Assembly (NCBI GenBank): GCA_964526225.1
Contig: CAZGLL010000004.1
Span: 3,455 to 67,454 of the forward strand
Origin: an uncultured Desulfurococcales archaeon
GTDB taxonomy: Archaea; Thermoproteota; Thermoprotei_A; EX4484-217-1
Length of the DNA: 64,000 nucleotides
Direction: 5' to 3'
The notes beneath the pieces are model-generated. The model was not told the DNA's origin. It saw only the letters and a list, made by a program, of their open reading frames with translations, and did not search any database. The stretch's first letter is position 1, and every line of letters starts with the position of its first letter. This document shows, in pieces, positions 39,361-48,982 of this stretch. The translations under genes were made by a program, and so were the position numbers.

Positions 39361-39994
39361 AAACAGATTTAGTGATAAAGTGTAATCCAAAAACTATAAG
39401 TAATAAGCCTAAAGCTGCAATAAAATACCTATATCTTTTCTCTTTTAAAACATTCCTACCTATAAAAGACATATGAGCTGTCACCATAAGCCATACATAA
39501 TCCATCCATACGTGAGCTATGTATATTAGTGGCAAGAAAATATAGGGAAGAATCCTTAAAGTTGCATAAATAAATGTTGAACCTATAAATAGCCACCACA
39601 AGATGAAGAACGGATTGAAAGCTGAAAGAGCAATACCCATGAATAGAGGTCCCTTACTTCCGAATTTGTTAAGAAACGAACTATTTAAACTAGCACCTTT
39701 ACTCTTTAAAGCATCAACTAATTCCAAAATTCCAAAAATAATCATTGTTAATCCCCCTAAAACACCTAGTAGTAAAGCTACTTCACCAATCATTATGACC
39801 GAGAATATTCCGAAAGCAATCATTAAGAAAAGCGGAAATTCAACAATAGTATGGCCGATGGACATTTTTAAACCGGCTTTCCACCCTTCTCTTGATCCGA
39901 AGATGAGGTTTGTAACGAATAATGGTCCTGGAGCTAAAGCTCCGGTAGCTGTTAAAACCTGAATAGTAATTATAAGGTTAATTAAGGGATCCAA
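39335..39994 (-). CDS. LysE family translocator
   Basis: GALAPGPLF and SAFNPFFILWW motifs; about 6 TM. Confidence 0.88.
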   Translation of the reverse strand: MDPLINLIITIQVLTATGALAPGPLFVTNLIFGSREGWKAGLKMSIGHTIVEFPLFLMIAFGIFSVIMIGEVALLLGVLGGLTMIIFGILELVDALKSKGASLNSSFLNKFGSKGPLFMGIALSAFNPFFILWWLFIGSTFIYATLRILPYIFLPLIYIAHVWMDYVWLMVTAHMSFIGRNVLKEKRYRYFIAALGLLLIVFGLHFITKSVFNYPLLPL

Positions 39995-39995
39995 G

Positions 39996-40667
39996 TTACT
40001 CTAAACCTTCTATTTCTCTTTCAAGCTTGTCAAGGAAGTTTATCATGTACTCATATCTTTTAATAGCTAATTTTTTTCCCTTACGTGTCCACATAAGGTC
40101 TTTTAATTTGAACAGTTTCTCATAGAAATGGTCTATTGCTTCATCCAAAGTTCTCCTCTTATAAGCGGACTCCATAAAGACCCTCATTATCCCCACAGCA
40201 CCTAAAGCGTCAAGCTTATCTGCATCGCTAAGAATCATTCCCTCAACTGTTTTGGGCTTATGTCCCAGGGTGAAACTATGGGATAAAATAGCGTCCTTTA
40301 CTTTCTCAATGAATTCCCTTGGAAAACCGTATTGCTCAAGAATTCTCTGAGCCATTTCAGCGCTTAAAATGGCATGATGCTTATGTAAATCTTGTTCCTC
40401 TATTCTTCCAACATCATGTAGGAGAACAGCCAACTTTAATGCGGCGGAATCATATTTTCCCTTATATTCCTCAGCTAATTTGAAAGCTAACTTCATAACT
40501 CTTTCAACATGTGGAAATCCATGAACAGGGTCATTTCCTAAGGTTTCTCTAACTAAATCCTCTATATCCTTAATAGCTTTGTTCTTTGACCCATTGTCGC
40601 TTCGAGAGTCATCTTTCAGTTTACTAAGCTTCTCAGATAAAGTCTTTAATGTGGAATGTTTGCTCAT
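39996..40667 (-). CDS. HD domain phosphohydrolase
   Basis: [15 protein letters not shown] and [10 protein letters not shown] motifs. Confidence 0.9.
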   Translation of the reverse strand: MSKHSTLKTLSEKLSKLKDDSRSDNGSKNKAIKDIEDLVRETLGNDPVHGFPHVERVMKLAFKLAEEYKGKYDSAALKLAVLLHDVGRIEEQDLHKHHAILSAEMAQRILEQYGFPREFIEKVKDAILSHSFTLGHKPKTVEGMILSDADKLDALGAVGIMRVFMESAYKRRTLDEAIDHFYEKLFKLKDLMWTRKGKKLAIKRYEYMINFLDKLEREIEGLE

Positions 40668-40755
40668 TTCGAACTATCACCTATTTTCCCCGTTTTCTAC
40701 AGCATTAAACATGGTCTTCAATATAAATATTTTGACCTAATATCTCTCGTAAGCT

Positions 40756-41010
40756 TTAAGGGTCTCTGTTGGCGTTGGAAAGAATTATTTCTATGAGTGT
40801 ACCTTCATTGTCAGGTAATCCTTCAAACACTTCTTTCCCATTGACTAACATAATGGGTATTTCGGTATCCGAATCTTTCACTTCAAATTCTACTTGTTTA
40901 CCTAAATTTTCCTCAAGAATATCTCTTATCTCCATAAACCAATCCTTTAATGTTTTTACATAGTAGCTATTCTCCATACCGATAATTGTAACTTTAACTT
41001 TATCAGACAT
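40756..41010 (-). CDS. Small thioredoxin-fold-like hypothetical protein (no CxxC)
   Basis: IPIMLVNGKEVFEGLP cis-Pro-type motif. Confidence 0.6.
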   Translation of the reverse strand: MSDKVKVTIIGMENSYYVKTLKDWFMEIRDILEENLGKQVEFEVKDSDTEIPIMLVNGKEVFEGLPDNEGTLIEIILSNANRDP

Positions 41011-41134
41011 TGTTCCGTTCCTCTTAGGATCGAGACTATTCGCTTATTTGGGTACTTGAGTTTTGGAAGCTATGGTAGCATTTAAATACTTTACTGTCTA
41101 AAAGAAGTACTTTAAAAGTAAGAGTTAGGATCCG

Positions 41135-41268
41135 AGATGTGGGGCTCCGTGGTTCAGTAGAGGTCCTGAAAGCCCCCGATGGAAATGAAACTCCGAACCT
41201 GATGAAGGGGAAGCCCGTGCAAGCATTCAAAGCATCGAAAATACACAAAAGATAAAGCACGGGCAACC
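41135..41268 (+). ncRNA. Stand-alone TnpB omega-RNA-like / IS right-end-derived structured RNA
   Basis: TATA TTTAAAA at 41111. It shares AGATGTG...TGAA(A/C)GCCCCCG...TGAA...CCGA...GGGGAA with the element at 38196-38397 and has a GCCCGTGC/GCACGGGC hairpin. Confidence 0.55.
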
Positions 41269-41354
41269 ACATACTTATCTACTTCCTTTCTAGATATAGT
41301 TAGAGCAGAAGCATTACCAATTTTTTGATTATAAGCTTTTAGGGATGGTCAGGT

Positions 41355-42542
41355 TTGAGACTGGAAATTCCTAGGTATCTTGAAAGGTTTGGTGCGGTTA
41401 AAATATACGACGTGCAAAGAGTGATAGAGATTGATGGTGGAGCATCTAAGGAACATAGTGAGGTTTTTGTTTTAAGATTCACTAATGCCGAACTTGGAGA
41501 AGTAGAATCTAACATGGCAATAGTTGTTCCTGTTAAAAATGAGAATCCTAAAGTTCTTGAGGGAGTAATAAGCGGAATCCCTCATGACGTACTTGTCATT
41601 GTCGTTTCTAATTCTACAAGAGAACCCATAGATAGGTACCAAATAGAGTTAGATACGCTCTTAAACCATTATAGGTTCTCCAGAAGACCCATGGTTATTG
41701 TCCATCAGAAAGATCCAGCATGGGCCGAAGCGCTAAGGAAAGTAGGTTATTATGACATTTTAGATAGTAGCAGCGAAGCGGTTAGAGACGGTAAGGGAGA
41801 AGGTATGATTCAAGGGCTAATTTTAGCAAAAGCATTAGGTAGAAAGTATGTAGGTTTCGTAGATTCAGATAACTACATTCCAGGAGCAGTATATGAGTAC
41901 GTCAAAATCTACGGGGCAGCTTTTCTATCTTCGAGAACAGACTACGTAATGGTAAGAATAAGGTGGCCTTATAAAACAAAGTTTAGCGGTAGGGGATTCT
42001 ACTTTAGAAGAAGAGGCAGAGTCTCTGAGATAACGAATAGATACATGAATCTCCTAATAGGGAGGCTAACACATTTCGAAACAGACATTGTTAAAACAGC
42101 AAATTCAGGAGATCACGCAATGAGTATTAAGTTAGCTGAGGAACTTGCTTTTGCAGAAGGATTCGCTATAGAACCGTATGAGCTCATGTTCATATTTGAG
42201 GAATTCGGAGGTTTCATTAAGAAAATAGCTAATAAGGAAGTAGCTTCTAAAGGTATTGAAATTTTTCAAATAGAACCTAGAAATCCACATGTACATGAGG
42301 AAAGAGGAACAGAACATATTAATGAAATGCTTCTTAAATCCCTTTCAACAATATATCATAGCAAACTATGTGGTAAGGAACTTAAAAAACAAATACTTAA
42401 TGAACTCAGAATTAGAGGTATTCTGAAGGAAAATGAGGAACCACCAAAAATAAGGACTATAAGGCCTATTAAAAACGTGGACGTTAAAAAGGTCTTAGAA
42501 ATTTTAGGGGGAAAAGCGGAATCATTGATATTGGCTGAGTAG
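41355..42542 (+). CDS. mpgS: Mannosyl-3-phosphoglycerate synthase
   Basis: MRLEIPRYLERFGAV, HQKDP, GKGEGM, GFVDSDNY and NPHVHE motifs. Confidence 0.93.
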   Translation: MRLEIPRYLERFGAVKIYDVQRVIEIDGGASKEHSEVFVLRFTNAELGEVESNMAIVVPVKNENPKVLEGVISGIPHDVLVIVVSNSTREPIDRYQIELDTLLNHYRFSRRPMVIVHQKDPAWAEALRKVGYYDILDSSSEAVRDGKGEGMIQGLILAKALGRKYVGFVDSDNYIPGAVYEYVKIYGAAFLSSRTDYVMVRIRWPYKTKFSGRGFYFRRRGRVSEITNRYMNLLIGRLTHFETDIVKTANSGDHAMSIKLAEELAFAEGFAIEPYELMFIFEEFGGFIKKIANKEVASKGIEIFQIEPRNPHVHEERGTEHINEMLLKSLSTIYHSKLCGKELKKQILNELRIRGILKENEEPPKIRTIRPIKNVDVKKVLEILGGKAESLILAE

Positions 42543-42655
42543 TTTTCGGACTCAATTTAGTTTAATATAAGTTTTTCGCATTAACCACTATATTTCTCTA
42601 TTTTGGAAAGCATTATTTAATTATTTCAAATCCTTAAACTCTAAGGGATTACCTT

Positions 42656-43147
42656 ATGAAGCTAACAGTAGCTTCTGCTCATCTACCAACAGCACCTAAG
42701 GTTCAAAGAGTATTAGTACATGATAGTTCTAAATGTACTGCTTGCTGCACCTGTATGATAGCTTGTGCTATGAGGCATTTTGGTATAGCCGATCTTAAAA
42801 AGTCATTTATAAAGATAGTATTTAACGAGAAACTTCAAGCTTTCGAAGCAGTATATTGTCATCACTGCGATAATCCTTTCTGTATGAATATATGTCCTGC
42901 AGATGCTATTTCGAAAGACGAAGTTACAGGTATTGTTAGAATAAATCCGCTTATTTGTGTAGGTTGTGGTTCATGCAACTATGCTTGTCCTTTAGGTGTT
43001 CCAAGGAGAGATCCTCAAATGCATGTTGCTGTAAAGTGTGATTTATGCGAAGGAGATCCGGAATGTGTTAAACAATGTCCTACTCAAGCTTTAAGATATG
43101 TTCCCAGAGAAGAAGCATACTCATTCTTAACTGAGAAATACAGGTGA
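42656..43147 (+). CDS. Four-cluster 4Fe-4S ferredoxin-like subunit (HycB/CooF/DmsB type)
   Basis: CTACCTCMIAC, CHHC...C...CP, CVGCGSCNYACP and KCDLC...C...CP motifs. Confidence 0.9.
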   Translation: MKLTVASAHLPTAPKVQRVLVHDSSKCTACCTCMIACAMRHFGIADLKKSFIKIVFNEKLQAFEAVYCHHCDNPFCMNICPADAISKDEVTGIVRINPLICVGCGSCNYACPLGVPRRDPQMHVAVKCDLCEGDPECVKQCPTQALRYVPREEAYSFLTEKYR

Positions 43148-43153
43148 AACGCT

Positions 43154-44299
43154 ATGTTTTTCGAAGTAGTTGCAACACTTGGAATAATAACTTTAGCTAT
43201 TCCCGCATTCTTAGCTTTAGTAGAGGACGATATTAAAAGAATAATTGCCTATTCAACGGTTAGCCAAATGGGTTACATTGTTTATAGTATAGGCATAGGA
43301 ACAGTTTTAGGCGTTGCCGGCGCTTTATTCCACGTAATAAACCATGCATTATTAAAGTCAATGCTATTCTTAGCGGCTGGAGCTGTGATCTACGCTACCG
43401 GAACAAGAAATATTAGAGAACTTGGCGGCCTAGCATATAAAATGCCAGTTACTGCTACGGCTATTCTGATAGGAGGTCTTTCAGTAGCTGGACTACCTCC
43501 CTTAAACGGTTTCGCAAGTAAGCTCTTAATTTACGAAGCTGGATTTGAAAGAGCATTTCACGACCCAACATTTATAGGTAGGCTTTACCTACTTTACACG
43601 GTAATCGCGATTTTCATCGGCGCAGTAACGCTTCTCTACTTTATGAGGCTCTTCTATTCTGTATTTCTCGGTATGCCCTCTAAACTCGCTGAAAAAGCGA
43701 AGGACCCGCCTGTTGCTATGAAGACATCACTAATATTGTTAATGGTGATTTCTATAATATTTGGAATATTCCCGCAAATTCCTGTAGGTTTCATAGTGAA
43801 CCCTGCTTTAGCATACATGTTTCCGAAGGCTGGTTTACCCTTAAGTATTTCATATTTTGGCTACAGCACTAACGTAGGCTTCTACACAGCAACATTATTA
43901 ACAATAGTTTTACTAGTAACAGCCAGTATATCGTATGCAATATACGTTTCAGGAAAGAAACTATATGAAAAAGTTACCATAACGCCACCTGTTGTAAGAG
44001 AGTTACATGAGTTCAAATACGAGGTATTTACAGGTGGAGAATATGGAGGCGAACTTTTGCCTCTTGAAGAATTGAAGATTACACCTGAAGAGTTCAACTT
44101 TGCTCTTAAGGAATCATTTTCTTCACTATACAGTTTCTCTAAAGAAGGAGGTATTGAAGGGGTTATTTCGTACATGTTCCATGAGTTTCTAAGTAAAGTA
44201 AGAGAATTAGACATTATAAGATATGTTAAAGTTAGCTCATACGTTCTCGTTTACATATTATTCTTCGTAATAATGCTTTTCCTCGCAACAGCTATGTAG
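43154..44299 (+). CDS. Mrp/NuoLMN antiporter-like membrane subunit (short form)
   Basis: DIKRIIAYSTVSQMGY, NHALLKSMLFL and AGLPPLNGFASK motifs. Confidence 0.85.
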   Translation: MFFEVVATLGIITLAIPAFLALVEDDIKRIIAYSTVSQMGYIVYSIGIGTVLGVAGALFHVINHALLKSMLFLAAGAVIYATGTRNIRELGGLAYKMPVTATAILIGGLSVAGLPPLNGFASKLLIYEAGFERAFHDPTFIGRLYLLYTVIAIFIGAVTLLYFMRLFYSVFLGMPSKLAEKAKDPPVAMKTSLILLMVISIIFGIFPQIPVGFIVNPALAYMFPKAGLPLSISYFGYSTNVGFYTATLLTIVLLVTASISYAIYVSGKKLYEKVTITPPVVRELHEFKYEVFTGGEYGGELLPLEELKITPEEFNFALKESFSSLYSFSKEGGIEGVISYMFHEFLSKVRELDIIRYVKVSSYVLVYILFFVIMLFLATAM

Positions 44300-44311
44300 G
44301 GTGTAAAGCTT

Positions 44312-44941
44312 ATGGTGCCAAAGGACGTACCTGAAAAATTAGGAGAAATGGTGGTTGAAGTTTATTCGACAGGACCTAAAAGATACATTCTAACGCTTAG
44401 CAGTTACGATAAAATACGTGAGGCTGCGAAAATACTTTTTGATGAAGGCTTCAGAATATCTACAATAACAACTTTAGACCGTGGCTTCTACTTTGAACTA
44501 CTTTACCACTTCGTTAAAAAGAACGTTATTGCATCAATTAAAATACTTGTTCCGAAAGGTGAAAGTAAAGTACCTTCAATAACACCTATCATTCCGGGAG
44601 CTAACTGGTTAGAGAGAGAAGTTAGAGATCTCTTCGGAATAGAGTTTGTAGATCATCCTGAACCTAGAAGGGTTGTTTTACCTCCTGATTGGAAGGATGA
44701 GCCACCGCTTAGAAAACCTGTTGCTCCAGAGTTGCCAGAAACTTACGCTAACTACTTTATGTCGCTAGCAACTAAGGCAGCGCTTGCATCCTTAAGCGGC
44801 TTAGCTAAGAGAAGAAGGAAACAAATGGGATTACCTGAAGTTGTAACGCCAGTTCATGAATCTAAAGATGTAATTGATGAAGTAAAGAAGATTTCGAAGG
44901 AGCTAAAAATTGATAGAAAAGTTCCCATAGGAGGGAAGTGA
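44312..44941 (+). CDS. NuoC/EchD-like 30 kDa hydrogenase subunit
   Basis: PSITPIIPGANWLEREVRDLFGIEF, HP and PPLRK motifs. Confidence 0.9.
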   Translation: MVPKDVPEKLGEMVVEVYSTGPKRYILTLSSYDKIREAAKILFDEGFRISTITTLDRGFYFELLYHFVKKNVIASIKILVPKGESKVPSITPIIPGANWLEREVRDLFGIEFVDHPEPRRVVLPPDWKDEPPLRKPVAPELPETYANYFMSLATKAALASLSGLAKRRRKQMGLPEVVTPVHESKDVIDEVKKISKELKIDRKVPIGGK

Positions 44942-45837
44942 CCGATATGGCGCTAAAATACATATTCTATCCGGGATGCTTCATACCCGCAATGCTACCA
45001 CATGTAGAATACAGTATTAGATACGTCTTAAACAAATTAAATGTTGAACTACAGGAAATACCCGATCTTTCATGTTGTCCACCTAAAATTACTAGTGTAG
45101 GAGACTTTAAAGCATGGCTAACTATTTCGGCTAGAAACCTTGCATTAGCGAGTAAACATGGGTTAGACTTACTTACTCCATGTAATGGATGTTTCGAATC
45201 ATATTTTGAAGCCAAACACTTCATAGAACATAGACCGGACTTAGCGAAAGACCCATTAGACATCTTGAAGAAGCTAGGTTTACCAACAAAAATAGAAAGC
45301 AACGTTAAACACTTCGTAGAAGTAGTGTATAAGGATGTTGGACTGAATAGGTTGTCCGAAGAAATAGTTAAACCACTTAAGGGGCTTAGAGTCGCTGTAC
45401 ATTATGGATGCCACCTTTTCGTAACATCACCTGGAGGAGATATTTGGGAAAAACCGAGAATGATGGATGAAATCCTAAGGACTCTCGGAGCTGAGATAGT
45501 TAGAGACGGTTTAGAGAGAATATGCTGCGGCTTCGTTATGTCAACGATCGATGATACGAAAGCTGTTCTCGAAAGATCCGAAATTAGGTTAAGAAGCGTT
45601 AAGTCATTAGATGTAGATTGTCTTGTAACTCCATGTCCACAATGCCTTATAAGATTTGAGTACAGTCAAATAAAGCTTAGGTCGTTGAAGAATGTAAGAT
45701 ACGATTTGCCGGTGGTTCATTTAGCGGAACTTATAGCGATAGCTTTCGGACTTGACCCATTAAAGATGAAATTTGATAGACTACATAGATCCCCTGTTAA
45801 ACCTGTTTTCGAAAAGCTAGTGAAGGAGGGAGGATAG
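44938..45837 (+). CDS. HdrB-like CCG-domain iron-sulfur protein
   Basis: YPGC...SCCP...TPCNGC and HYGCH...CCG...TPCPQC, plus LPVVHLAELIAIAFG. Confidence 0.88.
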   Translation: MTDMALKYIFYPGCFIPAMLPHVEYSIRYVLNKLNVELQEIPDLSCCPPKITSVGDFKAWLTISARNLALASKHGLDLLTPCNGCFESYFEAKHFIEHRPDLAKDPLDILKKLGLPTKIESNVKHFVEVVYKDVGLNRLSEEIVKPLKGLRVAVHYGCHLFVTSPGGDIWEKPRMMDEILRTLGAEIVRDGLERICCGFVMSTIDDTKAVLERSEIRLRSVKSLDVDCLVTPCPQCLIRFEYSQIKLRSLKNVRYDLPVVHLAELIAIAFGLDPLKMKFDRLHRSPVKPVFEKLVKEGG

Positions 45838-45839
45838 TT

Positions 45840-47012
45840 TTGGAGAAAGTTGAAGGTAAAATATGTTCCATACCTATAGGGCCATACCATCCAGCTTTGG
45901 AGGAAATAGCTTTCTACAAGGTTTATGTTGAAGGAGAGAGAATAGTTGATGCTCTTATTAAACCTGGTTTTAACCATAGGGGTATTGAGAAATTAGCTAT
46001 GCAGAGAAGTTACCGTAGAAATGTTCAGCTTTTCGAAAGAGTATGTGGAATATGTTCTGACGCTCATACAACAGCTTACTGTGTTGCAGTTGAGAATTGC
46101 TTAAAGATAAATGTACCTAAGAGAGCACAGTATATTAGAGTAATAGAGCATGAAGCAAATAGAATCCATAGCCACCTATTATGGTTTGGTATTGCAATGC
46201 ATATTATAGGTTTCGACACATTATTCATGCACTCATGGGCTATTAGAGAAGCAATAATGGATGTTGTAGAAACTCTCACCGGGAATAGAGTAAACTATTC
46301 AGTAAACACTATTGGAGGCGTTAGAAGAGACATTACACCTGAGCTAGCAAAATATGTTGAAGAGAAGCTTAAAATCGTCGAGAAAGGAACACTTTACTTA
46401 ATGAAAGCTGTTAAAGAAGACAAAACAATAAAGGCTAGAACATCTGAAGTAGGTATTTTAACGAAGGAGGAAGCAAGGAAATATTGCGTAGTAGGTCCTA
46501 CAGCTAGAGCATCAGGAATAGATGAAGATATTAGGAAAGACGACCCATATATTAACTTTGAAGATTTCGAATTCGAAGTTTGCGTAGAGGACGCATGCGA
46601 CGTATACGGGAGAATTATGGTTAGGCTAAGAGAAACATTAGAATCTATTAAGATAGTAAGGCAGGCCCTTAAGAACCTACCTGAAGGCAAATTAATAGCT
46701 GATTTACCGTATCCTTTCCCGAGTGAAGACGTTGGAAGAGTTGAAGCCCCTAGAGGAGAACTAATATATTATGTTAAATCGAATTATACGAACATCCCGG
46801 AAAGAGTTAAAGTGAGAACACCTACTTTCGTTAACCTCCCAGCGGTTAAGCCTATGCTCATCGGAAATAAGCTTGCAGATGCACCACAAATACTTGCAAG
46901 TATTGACCCGTGTTTATCATGTAATGACAGGCTTGTTATCGTAGATTTGAGAAGTGGTCGTGAAAAAACAGTTCTTCTACAAGACTTCATTAGAGGGAGG
47001 GTGAAACTGTAA
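45840..47012 (+). CDS. Group 4 [NiFe]-hydrogenase large subunit
   Basis: GPYHPAL, HRGIEK, L1 RVCGICSDAH, EAPRGE and L2 DPCLSCNDR, followed by a C-terminal extension. Confidence 0.93.
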   Translation: MEKVEGKICSIPIGPYHPALEEIAFYKVYVEGERIVDALIKPGFNHRGIEKLAMQRSYRRNVQLFERVCGICSDAHTTAYCVAVENCLKINVPKRAQYIRVIEHEANRIHSHLLWFGIAMHIIGFDTLFMHSWAIREAIMDVVETLTGNRVNYSVNTIGGVRRDITPELAKYVEEKLKIVEKGTLYLMKAVKEDKTIKARTSEVGILTKEEARKYCVVGPTARASGIDEDIRKDDPYINFEDFEFEVCVEDACDVYGRIMVRLRETLESIKIVRQALKNLPEGKLIADLPYPFPSEDVGRVEAPRGELIYYVKSNYTNIPERVKVRTPTFVNLPAVKPMLIGNKLADAPQILASIDPCLSCNDRLVIVDLRSGREKTVLLQDFIRGRVKL

Positions 47013-47959
47013 TGTATATTGTTCCGTTACTTATTGCCTTAGCTGAAATAATAATATATCCGGGATTAATATTTTCAATACTATTTGGAGGAATAATTGT
47101 TTGGTTATATAGAAAAGTTAGAGCTAGACTTCAAGGAAGGAGGGGTCCTCCATGGTATCAGACATATGCTGACGTATTTAAGCTCCTAATTAAGGAAACA
47201 ATAATTCCATTGAGAGCATGGAAGGTTGGGTTCATTGCTGCACCAATGATTTCATTAGCTGCTCTCTTTGTAGCAGTACTTTTACTTCCATTCTTCGGCA
47301 AAGAATCAGCGCTAGGGTTCCTAGGTGATGCAATAGTTTTACTATACTTGCTGACAATACCTACTTTTGCAATAGCATTTGGAGGTATGGCTTCAGGTAG
47401 CCCATATGGTATTGTTGGTTCGGGGAGGGAGACTTCACTACTTGTATGGTATGAGTTGCCACTATGGCTTTCAGCGGCAACAGTTTTCGCTCTTGCAAAC
47501 TCTATTTCCATAAGCGGAATAATTGAAGAACAAGCTCTTCATGGGCCATTCGCCATAAGACTACCTTTAGCTTTCATAGCTTTCCTAATAGCAGCTCAAG
47601 CAAAGTTAGCTAAAAGACCTTTCGATATACCGCATGCTGAAACAGAAATTGTAGCAGGACCCTACACAGAATATTCTGGTTCATTAAGGGCTCTATTCGA
47701 GCTATGCGAAGTGTTTAAGTGGTTAGCGGTTTCAGCTTTAACTGCAACTCTATTTCTAGGATGGCCTGTGATAGGTAATCCTGTAGCGGATGCACTAATA
47801 TTCATAGTTAAAATAGTATTTTTCGCGCTCATATTCGCATTTATTGACATAATTAATCCTAGATTACGTATTGAACAAGCAGGGTGGCCTCTTTGGAAGA
47901 TTGCTGCAGCACTTGCACTAATAGATACTATAAGAGTCTGTATGGGGTTGGTGATTTGA
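47012..47959 (+). CDS. NuoH/HycD/EchB-like membrane subunit
   Basis: RKVRARLQGRRGPP and PFDIPHAETEIVAGPYTEYSG motifs. Confidence 0.93.
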   Translation: MYIVPLLIALAEIIIYPGLIFSILFGGIIVWLYRKVRARLQGRRGPPWYQTYADVFKLLIKETIIPLRAWKVGFIAAPMISLAALFVAVLLLPFFGKESALGFLGDAIVLLYLLTIPTFAIAFGGMASGSPYGIVGSGRETSLLVWYELPLWLSAATVFALANSISISGIIEEQALHGPFAIRLPLAFIAFLIAAQAKLAKRPFDIPHAETEIVAGPYTEYSGSLRALFELCEVFKWLAVSALTATLFLGWPVIGNPVADALIFIVKIVFFALIFAFIDIINPRLRIEQAGWPLWKIAAALALIDTIRVCMGLVI

Positions 47960-47960
47960 A

Positions 47961-48518
47961 ATGAAATCAAGTATAGTTAAGGAAGCTCTAAAGTATTTCG
48001 TAAACCCCGTTACTGAGGCTTTTCCAGCTGCTAAACCATATTTTCCGAAGAAATATCGTGGACCACCAGTTTATGATCAAGATAAATGTATGGGCTGTAC
48101 TGCATGCGCCCATGTTTGCCCCGCCGACGCTATAACAGTGATTGAAAAGGATGGTAAAAGAACTCTTGAGGTATGGTATGGTAAATGCACTTTCTGTGCG
48201 AGATGTGAAGAATCATGCCCTGCAGATGCGATACACTTAATGGAAGAATTTGGTGTCCCATCTGAAGACAAACTTGCTTTCAAATCAACAGTTACCCACG
48301 ACATGGTTAAGTGTAAGTTATGCGGTAAACCATTTATAACTATTAGACATGCTGAATGGATAAAGAAGAACCTACTTGAGAAAATGGGTGATGTTGTAGG
48401 GTCTGAGGAAATAGACTTCTTCCTAACAGTATGTGAAGACTGTAGACATAAAGTAGAGAACATTCCGGAATTTAGAAAACTCCTCATTAGAGCGGCTATT
48501 AAAGGTGGAAAAGTATGA
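47961..48518 (+). CDS. NuoI/HycF-like 2x[4Fe-4S] subunit
   Basis: CMGCTACAHVCP and CTFCARCEESCP, plus an extra CKLC...CEDC. Confidence 0.92.
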   Translation: MKSSIVKEALKYFVNPVTEAFPAAKPYFPKKYRGPPVYDQDKCMGCTACAHVCPADAITVIEKDGKRTLEVWYGKCTFCARCEESCPADAIHLMEEFGVPSEDKLAFKSTVTHDMVKCKLCGKPFITIRHAEWIKKNLLEKMGDVVGSEEIDFFLTVCEDCRHKVENIPEFRKLLIRAAIKGGKV

Positions 48519-48982
48519 GTTCGAAAAAATGTTTCCTATGTTCCCTAGCTAAATGGGCACGTAGAAAATCCGTATGGCTATATCACGCACCAGCGGGAGG
48601 TCTCTGCAACGGCTGCGATATTGAAATAGCTGCTGCAATAACGCCTAGATATGATGTTGAAAGGTTCGGTATACTTTTAGCTCCAAGCCCTCGACATGCC
48701 GACGTAATACTAGTTGCTGGTCAAATGACAAAGCACTCTAAGGAAAGACTTCTAAGGGTGTATCAGCAAGTTCCTGAACCTAAAGCTGTAGTAGCTATAG
48801 GTTCATGCGCTATTTCAGGTAATGTATTTACAACAGAAAACTATCCCGTAGCCGGAACGGTGGATCAAATAATTCCTGTCGACGTTTACGTTCCCGGATG
48901 TCCTCCTAAACCTGAGGCAATAATTCTCGGAGTAGTTAAAGCTATAGAGAAACTAGAGAAAAGAACAGCAGAGCCCACCTAG
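48515..48982 (+). CDS. Group 4 hydrogenase small subunit (NuoB/HycG/EchC-like)
   Basis: CNGCDIE, SPRHAD, GSCA and VPGCPP motifs. Confidence 0.93.
   Translation: MSSKKCFLCSLAKWARRKSVWLYHAPAGGLCNGCDIEIAAAITPRYDVERFGILLAPSPRHADVILVAGQMTKHSKERLLRVYQQVPEPKAVVAIGSCAISGNVFTTENYPVAGTVDQIIPVDVYVPGCPPKPEAIILGVVKAIEKLEKRTAEPT

Noticed and set aside
41036..41272. 78-aa minus-strand ORF
   Set aside because: It has no protein motif and coincides with the GC-rich structured RNA-like element on the plus strand.
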